Counted from the first letter of the stretch, positions 28,820 through 39,854 are shown. The stretch: 64,000 nt of DNA from Candidatus Pacearchaeota archaeon (GCA_018304105.1 JAGVWX010000007.1:27973-91972), one strand, 5' to 3'. Numbers and translations are program-made. Notes: generated by a model not told the origin, from the sequence alone.

Positions 28820-29233
28820 TTTATAAGGTAAAAGTCACACAAAATAAGTATCCTAGGGTGTGTGTTGTGGTAACTGAATTAGTAGTTACAAAAGTAGAAG
28901 ACTCAGTTAGCGAATTAGGTAGTTTTCAGAGTCTTACTAGTGATAATTTTAAACGGTTAATGCAGCGCAATTGGACACCAATTTTTGCGGCTGGTGTCTT
29001 AATTGTTGGTCTCGCTGCGCTCGTCATGCGCTGCATTTTTTCTATCAAATTTTTTAAACAGGAGTCGTCCACACACACCCTAGGAACCACAACACACACC
29101 CTAGTTGGACGACTCTCTGTTTCTTCTTTATCATATTTTTTGGACGGGCTGCCTAGCCACAACACATACCTTGGGAAAACACACACCCTAGAATTAGGCA
29201 GCCCTGTTTTCCTTTTCTTTCAGGAGGTGAATT
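28820..29233 (+). promoter_or_regulatory. Structured repeat/anti-repeat leader of the giant surface-protein gene
   Basis: TATA-like tttataa at 28820; anti-repeat 28852-28871; repeats at 29069, 29086, 29157, 29178 in two hairpin loops; SD aggaggtga at 29222. Confidence 0.6.
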
Positions 29234-32200
29234 ATGCATTTTGATTTAGATAATTTGGAAAAAAAGAGGAAGGAACTGCAAGAGAAAATTGGGCAGTTTG
29301 AGGCGCAGAAGAAATTTGTTAGGTCTGCGATTGAGAAGCTGACTGCGAGATACAATATCGGGGAGATAAAGTTTGATGAGTACAAAGAAGAGTATAAGAG
29401 AATTTTCAAGGACAAGACACCGGAACAGTGGACTAACTACTACAATATCCAAATCAAGTCTTGCAACGCGCAGCTGGATTGGTATGATTCTGAAATCAGA
29501 AAAGCGAGAAGTCGATTTGGGAAGAAAGCGCTAGCTGAAAGAGAGAAAGAAGAAAGGCAGAAAGCGATTCAAGAAAGGATACAAACGGCGGAGGGATACA
29601 AGAAGAGCGTTATTGGGAACGTTCAGGAACTTGTAAAGAAGTACAACGCGAGAGAGCTGACTTATGAGCAGTATCAAAGCGAAACGAAGAAACTTTACCA
29701 GGGAAATGAGCCGCAGAAACTTGTTGATTATTATGACGATTATATAAAGAAAGCAAAGAGCTTGAGCAGTTACGAGCCGAGAAAGAGCAAAGTAAAGACT
29801 AAATTAATTATGGTGCTGCCTCTGCTTTTGATTTTTGGATTGGCAATCTTCTTTTTGTTTGGTTTTGTTTTGAGACCGCAGTTTACCGGACTGACTGTTG
29901 AGATGGTTGATGAAGTTCATACGACAACTTACAATGCTGTCTTGAATGAAAGCACGATTTATGATTTTGATTTGTCTGATGAAGGAAGTTTGAATTGGAT
30001 TAAGTTTAATGGGGCGATAAGCAAGAAAGGAACAGTGAAAGTTTATTTGGATGATATTTTAATTTTGGATTCGGCAGATTTGGAAAGCGACGAACAATTT
30101 TCTGTTACTGGAAGTTTGATTAGTGGTTTTGCGAGTGAAGGAAGCGATGCGGCCGATAGCGGAACCGACCCTAGTTCTGAAGGTGCTGATTCTGGAAGTT
30201 CAGATGGCGGGAGTTCAACTGAGCAAGCGAGTGAAAGTTCAGGCACAGAAAGTTCGGGAGAAGAATCTGCTGGTAGTTCAGGAGAAGAACCAACTGGAGG
30301 GCCTAGTGCGGAGGAAGGCAGTCAAACTGGAGAAATCTCTGGAGGAACCGAGACAATGCAGACCGGTTCTGAAACTGGAAGCAACGAAAGCAACGAAAGT
30401 CCAAATGAAGAGACGAATGAAACTGAGCAAGAACCTGCGGGAAAGAATAATGAGACAGAAACTGCTGGAAATGAAACTGTTGTAGAAGAGCCTGGAGAAG
30501 AAACAGAGATTGTTGAAAAGATAAAGCTTGAAAATTATTGCAAGGAATCGTGTGACTTGAAAGAGCTCGGATTGAACAAGAGTTCTTACAAATTGAGGAT
30601 TGAAATTGAAAACGCGGAGTTTGAACTGGGCGAGTTGAATTACGAAATTAGTGTTGAGAAGGAAGCCGGCGTGGAAGAGAATGCCACGATAACCGAGCCG
30701 CCGGTTATGACAAAAGAAATTCCGAATATTGTTGTTGGGAAGAACGGATATTATGAACTGGATGTTAATGAATATTTCACCGGAGCGAGCGAATATTATT
30801 TGAAACAAACAGATAACCTTTCGACGAGTGTTTCAGGCAGCGTGATTAGAATTCAGCCAAGCGAGAATTTTATAGGAATAAGGGAAAGCAGAATTGTTGT
30901 TGTTAATGAATTTGGAAGTTCCGGAAGCAATTTGTTTAACATTACGGTTTCTGAAAATGAAAGTGCTGTTGAAGAGCTGTTAAATATTACAGGCAATGCG
31001 ACGTTTAATCTTACAACGAGACAGTATAAAGCGATAATCAATCGGCCTGTTAAATGGGTGAAGAAGATTGAACTTGGGAATTTGGAAGACGCGGGCAATC
31101 TGATTTTGGAAATTCCTAAGGAGTCTACGAATATTTCTATTAAGACTGGAGAGGAAGCAGAAGCGGCTTTGCAGGAAGCAGAAGATTATGAAGAAGCTGT
31201 TAACGATGCTGAACGGGAAGAAATTGTTGGAGGAGGAATTACTGGAAATGTTGTTAGCGACTTGCGAGGAAGAAAGGGAATTGTCACAAGAATTATAGAA
31301 TGGTTTAAAGGATTTGGAATAACTGGAAACGTAATCAGCGAAGATGAGCTGGGCGGGAGAATAACTGAAAGCAGCAACAGCAAGATTATTGACGTTAAGA
31401 AAATAGCCGAGCAGACTAACGAGAATGAAATCGCTGTCGAGTATTATACGCAGGCGCCTGGCGCGATTGAGGAAGATATAACACGAGGAAAGAGGATTAC
31501 AGTTTCAGCTCCGGATGAACTTGGCTACACAGATATTCTGGCTTATACGGCTTTGGACAATTCTCTGCAGATGGAAAATTCTAATTCCTTGAAAGTTTAC
31601 TGGCATGCATCTTACGAAGACGCAGTTGCTTACGGGTATATCAATGAAACTAAGGAAAAGAAAGTTAAGAAAAATACTGAAGAAGGCACGGAAGAAAATA
31701 TTGCGGAAGAAGATGCTGAAGAAAATGTTTCTGAAAACGCCGATATTGGAATTGCAAATGGAAGCTCTTTCCTTACGGGATTTGCTGTTTCGGGAAATGA
31801 TAAAAAATCCGGCGGGGATAATTCTAGAGATGTTCCTGTTAAAGGAACACAGGATTATTATCTTATTCCAATGGGCAGGGAAGTTTATGACATTGACGGC
31901 GACGGAAGAGTTGATTATGTTGAATGGGTTGTGCCGCACTTAAGCAATCAGACATTTGAGATAATAATAACTGATGCAGAACATCTTGATGAAAATAAGA
32001 ACTTTGTAGAAAATATTTTTGACTATGTTAATGAGATAGACGGAATAAATTATAATATTCCTGAAAATCATTACGCAAGAGCATATTTTGAAAGAGAGCT
32101 AACCAGTGATAACGTTATTGATATTGTTGTAAACAGCTCTAATTCAACCACGATTGAAGTTTATGAAAAAGATTCTAATGTTTTAGTTGGTAAAATGGAA

Positions 32201-35200
32201 AACGTTACTCAAGGATTTTATTACACTTCTTTGAATTTTTCCGGCTCGCAATCAGTGTTTGACTTAAAGTCAGTTGGGGGTGATGTAAACTATGATTATA
32301 TTCATGATGCAGCGAAAACTCTAGCTTCTGTTGCAATGTCAACTTCGCCATCGGGGAACATGAGCATTTTTGTTGGGGGCAATTTCACAATGACTTGCAC
32401 TCCAGCTTGTACAGGGTCTGGGTCGACTCCGACTGTTACAAACAATTATGTATATTCAACAACAGCATGGTGTGCGGGCAGCAATATAAACATAAATTCA
32501 AGCGGGGTGCTGACAAATCTTTCTGTTAATCCTGGTTCAGGCGCAAGCTGTGGGGCAACAACCGCAACAATTTATGCAAATTCAGCAGGGACAGTTTATG
32601 TAAGATGTAATTCAACAGAAGGTACACGTGTTGCTGTAAGCCCGCAATGTTATAACATTACTGTTAGCGCAGATACGGCTGCTCCTAACGTGAATATAAC
32701 TTATCCTTTGAATATAACTTATAATATAAATGTTAGCGCATTAAATTACACCGTAAGCGATACTGACGCATTAAGCGCATGCTGGTATAGTTTGAATGGC
32801 GGGGCGGCGAACACGACGATAACCTGTGGAGATAATGTTACAGGATTGACTTCTACAGAAGGAAGCAATACTTGGAAAGTTTGGGCAAACGACAGCGCGA
32901 ATAATGTTAATGTAAGTTCTGTAACTTTTTTGAAAGACACAGCTTATCCGATATTCTCTGCTTATTACGACAACAACGCAACTTTGACTGGAAGCGGAAC
33001 AGGATTGTTCAATGTTACTCTTACGAATACAAACGGAACTGTTTTCTTGGAGATTAACAATACGAACTACACTGCTCTAAATGTTACTTCAAATGTTTAT
33101 AATGTTTCTGTTTCATTGACGAACGGAACGTATTCATATTATTGGGGAAGCTGGGGAAATGGAACTTCTTATCTTTACAATACCTCTGGAATGAGAAGTT
33201 ATACTGTAAATGCAAGCAGCGCCACTGGAACAAATGTCTGGATATCTGCATCTGCTCAATTATTTACTAATGCGACTGCTTGGTCTCTTGGGCGCGTGCC
33301 AGTCGCCGGTGACGATGTAATATTCAATGGAACTGGAATAGGGAGCGTAAATATCACAAACAACACAATGCCGCAGGATTTGAATTCATTCACTGTCGAA
33401 AATAATTATCCCGGAAAGATTTATTTTGCGCCTTTATTTGCCGTAGGAACTTGGGGTTCGAATGCGGGAACGCTGTTGTGGAATGTTACAAATAATATTA
33501 ACATTTCAAACGGAACAATGTATGTTTATGGCGATGGATATAATATCACTGAAACTTGGATGAATAATCCCGGTATGCATAATATAACTGATGATGGACA
33601 TGGACAAGAGTGGCGTTCAGTGAACGGGAATATTACAATCGAAGCGAATGGGAAAATTGAAGGGGTTGGTTTGGGATTTGGACCTTGGATAGGACCGGGA
33701 GCACAATCTGGAAAATCAGGTACATACGGGGGCAGGGGAAATTTAAATACTGCAGACCCCTATGGGAATGCTACTGCCCCAACAAGTTTAGGAAGCGGTG
33801 GAGATTGCGTTGGTGCTGCGGCAATAAAATTGGATTCACAAAATATTGAATTAAATGGGCAAGTAAATATGAGCGGCGCTTCATGTAGCGCAGATTCAGC
33901 TTCTGGCGGAAGTATTTGGATAAAAAGTAATTCCATAGTAGGTAACGGAGTTCTGCGAGCAGATAGCGGTTCAAGCGGTATAAGGGGTGGTGGTGGTGGA
34001 AGAATAAGATTGGAATATGGAAATTCAATGAATTACACGGGCACAACTTCTATGATGGGGGCGAGAGTTGGAACTACTTCAGGAAGAGAGGGGACTTTAA
34101 CATTTACTAATAACACTTGGCCTTCTAATTGGGATTTAAAAGGAAATATAGGGTTGCTTGGAGGGAATTATGGCGACGGAAGCGTTGTAAACATTTTGGG
34201 AGATTTCAATACAAATAATTTTAATGTGACAATCTATGGAGACTGCTTTTACAATAAGACAAATCCAATAACGTGCCATAATACAACATCAGATGGAAAA
34301 GGAATTTGGCTTAATGCAAGTGGAAATATCACAATATCATCTTCTTCAATGTTAGATGGGATTGGATTAGGTTTCCCAGCTTCTACTGGACCTGGAACTA
34401 GCACGGGGGGTTCTTACGGAGGCAAGGCGGTTACTGGTGGTTCAACTTATGGAAATGAAACAATGCCGGTAAGCCTAGGAAGTGGGGGGGGAACTTCTGG
34501 AGGTTCTGCAGTGACAATAGAAGCACTCGGTTTTGTAAGAATGGATGGAAAAATTAATGTTTCGGGCACAGATAATGGTGGAGCCTACAATGGTGCTGGC
34601 GGTTCAATCTGGATAAAAGCCAGTAATATTACTGGAACTGGAGTTTTGATTGCAGTTGGCGGCGGAATATATGGCGGAGGAGGAGGAGGAAGAATTGCAC
34701 TTACTTCAACAAACATTATAGATTATGGTGGAATAATACTTAATACCGGTGGAATCTCAACTTCGAATAAAGATGGTTCAGGCGGCACGGTCTACATAAA
34801 TGCAAGCACATCAATAATAATCTCTGGAAATATTTCTGTTGTGGGAAGAAATGGAACTTCTGGAAGTGGGCAGACAATTAATGTTACTGCTCCTCTTTTG
34901 ACTTTGTCAGGAATATATAATGCATCTAGGATAAATCAAAGTGTTGCAGGAACAAGCGAAGGCAGAATAACTTTGAATTATACAGACTGTTCTTCAAACT
35001 TCACGAACGCTGTTTTTAATCCCGATGTAATTTGGTTGAATACAACTGCTTGTGGAGGGGGTACGACATATTCACTTTATCTTCCTTCCTATATAACATC
35101 TAACTTCCAAGTTAATGGTTCTGTTAATGTATCGCTTGTAAACGGCTCCTCGTATACTGACGACCAGTTTGTTAATTTCACTAACGCAACTTACGGAAAA

Positions 35201-38200
35201 AGACTGCAGATTTATGGACAATTTTCTTCGGGAAATGTAGACTTAACGAATATGACTCTTAATATGACTGATACAAAAACGGTTGTGGATTTATCTACGG
35301 TTTCCGGAATTGCAACGAACCATACGATATTTATTCCAAACAACCGCAATGCAGGAGTTGATATATGCCCGTCAGCCAAAACTCTCTCGGATTTAAACGT
35401 CAGCTGTCCGAATAAACTAAGCTTTAGTTATGCGGAACTTTCTGCTGGAACATGGAAGAGTGGGATTTTGGCGAGCGTGGAAGGAACATTGTATAAGATT
35501 GAGAATCTAACCGGTTCTGGCGGAGGAGAAGACTTTACGCCACCGAATATAAATTTCACAAATCCGACGCTGAGCAACGGAACAGCGCAGACGGCAAATT
35601 CAATTTATGTTAATGTTTCTTCATCTGACGCAAGCGACCATTACACATTTGCTGATTTTGACAGAAATGTCTTGCTGTGGATGAGAATGGATGATACGAA
35701 TAGTTCTGGAGATCCAACAGATATTTCTTCATGGAGCAATAACGGAAGCAAAGTTGGAGGAGCAGTAATTAATTCTACTTCCGGGAAATTTGGAAATGGG
35801 ACTTATTTTGATGGAAGCAACGATTTAATTAATGTTTCCAATAGCGCATCGCTGGCTTTCAATGCCGCAGGAAATTATACATGGTCTATGTGGGTGTATC
35901 CGACGACAGTGGACGCTTCACATGGCGGAATTCTTCAAAAATGTGTTGCAACCGGCAGTGGCCAGAAAGGATATAGTATTTATTTAGAAAATCAGGGAGG
36001 AGTTAAGCTCTTTTTTGGGGATTGTGGTTGGGTTGCTACAACCTACGCTGGACCTGCGGTCTCTTTGAATACCTGGACACATCTCGCAATCAGCTATTCT
36101 AACAAAAAGTTTACCTTTTACAAAAACGGGGTGGGGTCGGCGGGCAGCACTATTTCAGGCTTTACAAGCGAGAATCAATTTCCTTTGTACGTTGGGCAAG
36201 GCGTTGAATCTGCGAATACAGGCGCAACTTTACATTTTTCCGGCATGATTGATGATGTAAGTATTTTTAATAGAAATTTGAGCTCGCAGGAAGTTGCCGC
36301 GTTGTACAACGCAACAGCGAATCAATACTATAATAATTTCACTAATTTAGTTAGTGGGGCGCATACATTTACAGGTTATGCTGTTGATGCTGCAGGAAAC
36401 AAGAACCAGACTGAAGAGAGGACAGTAACGATTGATACGACGATACCGCAAATTAATTTCACGAATCCTACGCCGAGCAACGGAAGCTCGCAATCGAACA
36501 CAGATATTTATGTTAATGTCAGCTCGAGCGATTCTTCGCAGCATTATACTTTTGTTGACTTTGACAATGATTTGTTTTTGCGCTACACGATGGACGATGT
36601 GAATTCCAGTGGAGACCCAACTGATTTATCTTTCAATTCATATAATGGAAGCAGAGTCGGAGCGGCGTCGCAGACCAGCAACGGATATTTTGGAAAAGGA
36701 TTTAGCGTTGACGGACCTTCTTCTGTTTATGTCGCGGCTCCAACGATAAGCAATATGAACTTTACAATAAACGGCTTCACTCATTCGATGTGGGCAAAGT
36801 TTGACAGCCCCCCTAGCGCAGGACAGACGGATTATGTAGACTACGTTTATGCAGGAACTTCTGACGCCTTCTTTTTCAGAGTCGCAGAAAGCTTGGGAAC
36901 GTACAGCCTCTCAGCTTATGGAGAAATGAATAATGATGCATTTACTGTCACAAAGTCGGGAATGAGCCTTGCAGAATTGACGGGAGGATGGCATCATCTT
37001 ATTTCGGTTTACAATAAAACAGACGTGATATTTTATGTTGATGGAGTTGAAATTGGCTCTGACGGGACATCGAATGTTCAGACGGACACTAATTTTGAGC
37101 TGAACTTTTTCGGTTATGATATGACTGGAAAAATTGACGATGTGTTATTGTTTAACCGTTCTTTTTCAAGCCAAGAGGTATTGGCAATGTACGATGCTTC
37201 TGCAAACCAATACTATCGTAATTTCACAGGCCTTGCGGACGGAGCGCACACAATTAAGGGATATACAATTGACAGAGCGGGAAATAAGAACCAGACCGAA
37301 ACCAGAATGATAACTGTAGTTCTTCCAGACACAACGCCTCCGAATATTAATTTCACAAATCCTACTCCAACGAATGCCTCAACGCAAACATGGAATTCAA
37401 TTTATGTAAATGTTTCAACAAATGATTCTTCAGAGCATTATGCGTTTGTTGATTTTGACAAGTCACTTTTGTTGTGGATGAGGATGGACGACTTGAATGC
37501 GAGCAATGACCCATATGATTTGTCTTCTTGGAGCAATAACGGAAGCAAGCAGGGGAACGCGGCGCAGAGCAGTTCGGGGGCGTTCGGGGAGAGCTTTACA
37601 TTTGATGGGAACGGAGATTATATTTTAGTAAAGAATGAAAGCAATCTTGCGTTCAATGCGACAGGAAATTATACTTGGTCTGCGTGGGTTTATCCGATTG
37701 GAATTACACAAGGCGTAACGAATACAGGAGGGGTATTTGGGAAGTGTGCTGCAACTGCGGGCTCTAATCAGAAAGGGTATTCTATTTATTTGAATCCTGG
37801 CAGGAATGTTGTGTTCGGGGATTGCGACTATACTGCAACAGTGAGAACAAGCACGGGAACTGTAACATTAAATCAATGGAATCATGTTTTGGTTAATTAT
37901 ACAAATAAAGCGATGACGTTTTATATTAATGGAGTCGCGTCAGGAAGCGGCGCTCCAATTACAAGTCTGGGAAGCGAATCGACATTTAATTTGACGATTG
38001 GTTCTGGAGTTGAATCGTCTGCATCGGGGGTAACATTGTGGTTTAATGGTTCTATTGATGATGCGATGATTTTCAACCGTTCATTGTCCATCTCGGAGAT
38101 TTCTGCTTTGTATAACGCTTCTGCAAATCAATATTATAATAACTTTACAGGATTGAGTTCCGGAGGCCATAATTTTACAGGTTATGCTGTTGATACGGCA

Positions 38201-39601
38201 GGAAATAAGAATCAGACGGAGCAGAGACAAGTAACTGTTGATTTAAGCGCAGCTCCTACAATTCCTTACGTGTCTGCGATTGCGGATACAAATCCAATAG
38301 AAAATAATGCGACGCCGATAACATTTGTTGCAACCGTCAATGACGCGAATGGTGCGAGCGACATCAATGTTACCGGCGTGAATGCAAACTTCACTCGTGT
38401 TGGAGAGGCGTTAAGACAAAACCTAACCTGCGTAAATTTAAGCGGACAAGACACAGCAACGTCCAAGAACTTCTCTTGTTCAATAGAGATGTGGTATTTT
38501 GACTACGCTGGAAATTGGAATATCACAATAGGGGCGAGTGACCAAGGCGGACTTGGTGCGGTTAATGGCACGACTACATTCTCTTACGGTTCTTTGTCTG
38601 CAATGGTATTGTCGCCAAACAATATTAATTTTGGAAATGCAGGAAGCTCGCAGGCTAATGTAATCGGGCCGTACACGCAGGTGAATAACACTGGAAATTA
38701 TAACGCAACTAATCTTTCTATTATGGGAATGAATCTGCTTGGGCAAGACGATAGCAGCGTTGTTTTTGCTGTTGAGAACTTTACGGCAGGAACTGATCCG
38801 GCCGAAGGCTCTCCGCCGCCTTCATGTAATGTTGCCGGGGGAACCGCTACAAGATTAATCAATGGCTCTTATGTTAACATCACTGGCTCAAGCCTGCTGA
38901 GAGGAAATCATTCAGTCAACGACAATTCTACAGGACAGGAAAATATTTATTATTGCATTCCAAGCGTTCCGAATCTGCCAACTCAGGCGTATAGCACTTA
39001 CGATTCCGGAACTTCTCAGGCGTTTGAGTGGACAATCAAAATTGCTCTTGCAGTCTTCGTAAGAAAACTCAAGAGAAAGAAGAACCGCAAAGAAATCTTA
39101 AGCGAATTGAAGAAGAGACTACGCGGAGAGCTTGGAATTGAGAAGCTTGCGCTGCTGGACGAGAAACTGAAGGAAGAACAAGGCGTGAGCCTGTCAGAAA
39201 TGTTGAGCGATGTAAGAAGAGAGAAAGAGGCACTGCAGATTCCAATTGATGTATTCAGGCAGGACATAGGACCTTCTGAAGCGCTATGCAAGTATCTGAA
39301 AGAGAATGTTGGATTCAATTACAGCGAGATTGCCGATGCATTGAATAGAGATGACAGAACTGTTTGGATTAATTATAGAAATGCTGCGAACAAGAAAGCT
39401 GCAAAGACAAGAGTAAGAGCAGATACAGTTTATGTTCCAATAAGTGTGTTCAAGGACAGAAGATTGAGCGTCTTGGAAGCAGTTGTGAACTACTTCAGGA
39501 ATAGAGGACTTACAAACGTAGAAATAGCCAGATTGCTAGGAAAGGATCCAAGGAATATATGGACTTTGTACTCCAGAGCCGCTAGAAAGTTACAAAAATG
39601 A
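29234..39601 (+). CDS. Giant (3455 aa) surface glycoprotein: N-terminal coiled coil, TM, Gly-rich region, 3 LamG-like repeats, C-terminal tandem HTH
   Basis: TM near 29806-29872; many NxS/T sequons; WTHLA..IDDVSIFNRNLS LamG motifs; NYSEIADALNRDDRTVW and TNVEIARLLGKDPRNIW. Confidence 0.9.
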   Translation: MHFDLDNLEKKRKELQEKIGQFEAQKKFVRSAIEKLTARYNIGEIKFDEYKEEYKRIFKDKTPEQWTNYYNIQIKSCNAQLDWYDSEIRKARSRFGKKALAEREKEERQKAIQERIQTAEGYKKSVIGNVQELVKKYNARELTYEQYQSETKKLYQGNEPQKLVDYYDDYIKKAKSLSSYEPRKSKVKTKLIMVLPLLLIFGLAIFFLFGFVLRPQFTGLTVEMVDEVHTTTYNAVLNESTIYDFDLSDEGSLNWIKFNGAISKKGTVKVYLDDILILDSADLESDEQFSVTGSLISGFASEGSDAADSGTDPSSEGADSGSSDGGSSTEQASESSGTESSGEESAGSSGEEPTGGPSAEEGSQTGEISGGTETMQTGSETGSNESNESPNEETNETEQEPAGKNNETETAGNETVVEEPGEETEIVEKIKLENYCKESCDLKELGLNKSSYKLRIEIENAEFELGELNYEISVEKEAGVEENATITEPPVMTKEIPNIVVGKNGYYELDVNEYFTGASEYYLKQTDNLSTSVSGSVIRIQPSENFIGIRESRIVVVNEFGSSGSNLFNITVSENESAVEELLNITGNATFNLTTRQYKAIINRPVKWVKKIELGNLEDAGNLILEIPKESTNISIKTGEEAEAALQEAEDYEEAVNDAEREEIVGGGITGNVVSDLRGRKGIVTRIIEWFKGFGITGNVISEDELGGRITESSNSKIIDVKKIAEQTNENEIAVEYYTQAPGAIEEDITRGKRITVSAPDELGYTDILAYTALDNSLQMENSNSLKVYWHASYEDAVAYGYINETKEKKVKKNTEEGTEENIAEEDAEENVSENADIGIANGSSFLTGFAVSGNDKKSGGDNSRDVPVKGTQDYYLIPMGREVYDIDGDGRVDYVEWVVPHLSNQTFEIIITDAEHLDENKNFVENIFDYVNEIDGINYNIPENHYARAYFERELTSDNVIDIVVNSSNSTTIEVYEKDSNVLVGKMENVTQGFYYTSLNFSGSQSVFDLKSVGGDVNYDYIHDAAKTLASVAMSTSPSGNMSIFVGGNFTMTCTPACTGSGSTPTVTNNYVYSTTAWCAGSNININSSGVLTNLSVNPGSGASCGATTATIYANSAGTVYVRCNSTEGTRVAVSPQCYNITVSADTAAPNVNITYPLNITYNINVSALNYTVSDTDALSACWYSLNGGAANTTITCGDNVTGLTSTEGSNTWKVWANDSANNVNVSSVTFLKDTAYPIFSAYYDNNATLTGSGTGLFNVTLTNTNGTVFLEINNTNYTALNVTSNVYNVSVSLTNGTYSYYWGSWGNGTSYLYNTSGMRSYTVNASSATGTNVWISASAQLFTNATAWSLGRVPVAGDDVIFNGTGIGSVNITNNTMPQDLNSFTVENNYPGKIYFAPLFAVGTWGSNAGTLLWNVTNNINISNGTMYVYGDGYNITETWMNNPGMHNITDDGHGQEWRSVNGNITIEANGKIEGVGLGFGPWIGPGAQSGKSGTYGGRGNLNTADPYGNATAPTSLGSGGDCVGAAAIKLDSQNIELNGQVNMSGASCSADSASGGSIWIKSNSIVGNGVLRADSGSSGIRGGGGGRIRLEYGNSMNYTGTTSMMGARVGTTSGREGTLTFTNNTWPSNWDLKGNIGLLGGNYGDGSVVNILGDFNTNNFNVTIYGDCFYNKTNPITCHNTTSDGKGIWLNASGNITISSSSMLDGIGLGFPASTGPGTSTGGSYGGKAVTGGSTYGNETMPVSLGSGGGTSGGSAVTIEALGFVRMDGKINVSGTDNGGAYNGAGGSIWIKASNITGTGVLIAVGGGIYGGGGGGRIALTSTNIIDYGGIILNTGGISTSNKDGSGGTVYINASTSIIISGNISVVGRNGTSGSGQTINVTAPLLTLSGIYNASRINQSVAGTSEGRITLNYTDCSSNFTNAVFNPDVIWLNTTACGGGTTYSLYLPSYITSNFQVNGSVNVSLVNGSSYTDDQFVNFTNATYGKRLQIYGQFSSGNVDLTNMTLNMTDTKTVVDLSTVSGIATNHTIFIPNNRNAGVDICPSAKTLSDLNVSCPNKLSFSYAELSAGTWKSGILASVEGTLYKIENLTGSGGGEDFTPPNINFTNPTLSNGTAQTANSIYVNVSSSDASDHYTFADFDRNVLLWMRMDDTNSSGDPTDISSWSNNGSKVGGAVINSTSGKFGNGTYFDGSNDLINVSNSASLAFNAAGNYTWSMWVYPTTVDASHGGILQKCVATGSGQKGYSIYLENQGGVKLFFGDCGWVATTYAGPAVSLNTWTHLAISYSNKKFTFYKNGVGSAGSTISGFTSENQFPLYVGQGVESANTGATLHFSGMIDDVSIFNRNLSSQEVAALYNATANQYYNNFTNLVSGAHTFTGYAVDAAGNKNQTEERTVTIDTTIPQINFTNPTPSNGSSQSNTDIYVNVSSSDSSQHYTFVDFDNDLFLRYTMDDVNSSGDPTDLSFNSYNGSRVGAASQTSNGYFGKGFSVDGPSSVYVAAPTISNMNFTINGFTHSMWAKFDSPPSAGQTDYVDYVYAGTSDAFFFRVAESLGTYSLSAYGEMNNDAFTVTKSGMSLAELTGGWHHLISVYNKTDVIFYVDGVEIGSDGTSNVQTDTNFELNFFGYDMTGKIDDVLLFNRSFSSQEVLAMYDASANQYYRNFTGLADGAHTIKGYTIDRAGNKNQTETRMITVVLPDTTPPNINFTNPTPTNASTQTWNSIYVNVSTNDSSEHYAFVDFDKSLLLWMRMDDLNASNDPYDLSSWSNNGSKQGNAAQSSSGAFGESFTFDGNGDYILVKNESNLAFNATGNYTWSAWVYPIGITQGVTNTGGVFGKCAATAGSNQKGYSIYLNPGRNVVFGDCDYTATVRTSTGTVTLNQWNHVLVNYTNKAMTFYINGVASGSGAPITSLGSESTFNLTIGSGVESSASGVTLWFNGSIDDAMIFNRSLSISEISALYNASANQYYNNFTGLSSGGHNFTGYAVDTAGNKNQTEQRQVTVDLSAAPTIPYVSAIADTNPIENNATPITFVATVNDANGASDINVTGVNANFTRVGEALRQNLTCVNLSGQDTATSKNFSCSIEMWYFDYAGNWNITIGASDQGGLGAVNGTTTFSYGSLSAMVLSPNNINFGNAGSSQANVIGPYTQVNNTGNYNATNLSIMGMNLLGQDDSSVVFAVENFTAGTDPAEGSPPPSCNVAGGTATRLINGSYVNITGSSLLRGNHSVNDNSTGQENIYYCIPSVPNLPTQAYSTYDSGTSQAFEWTIKIALAVFVRKLKRKKNRKEILSELKKRLRGELGIEKLALLDEKLKEEQGVSLSEMLSDVRREKEALQIPIDVFRQDIGPSEALCKYLKENVGFNYSEIADALNRDDRTVWINYRNAANKKAAKTRVRADTVYVPISVFKDRRLSVLEAVVNYFRNRGLTNVEIARLLGKDPRNIWTLYSRAARKLQK

Positions 39602-39624
39602 AGAGATAATTTGCTGATGTTTTT

Positions 39625-39760
39625 AATAGCTTCAATTTTCAGAAGTAAATAGTATAACAGGTTAACACGCCCGCAATTTATCTTCAGACTACTCTCGTTA
39701 ACATGCTCCCCTAATTCCAACACCCCTCTTTTCGCCTCGACCATAATAGTAAACTGATTA
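39625..39760. repeat. Degenerate copy of the modular repeat family
   Basis: aatagcttcaatt, ctcgttaacatgctcccc, ataatagtaaac modules. Confidence 0.5.
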
Positions 39761-39854
39761 AAATATACTCCAGAGCAGTAAGGAAATTACGCAATTAGAA
39801 AAAGGGCAACATTTAAAAATAAATAACTCTTGTTAAAAATATAAAAGAGAGACA

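Noticed and set aside
29069-29191. CRISPR mini-array with tracr-like anti-repeat
   Set aside because: Repeats are 14-19 nt and nearly adjacent in pairs, with no regular spacers and no cas genes in the window
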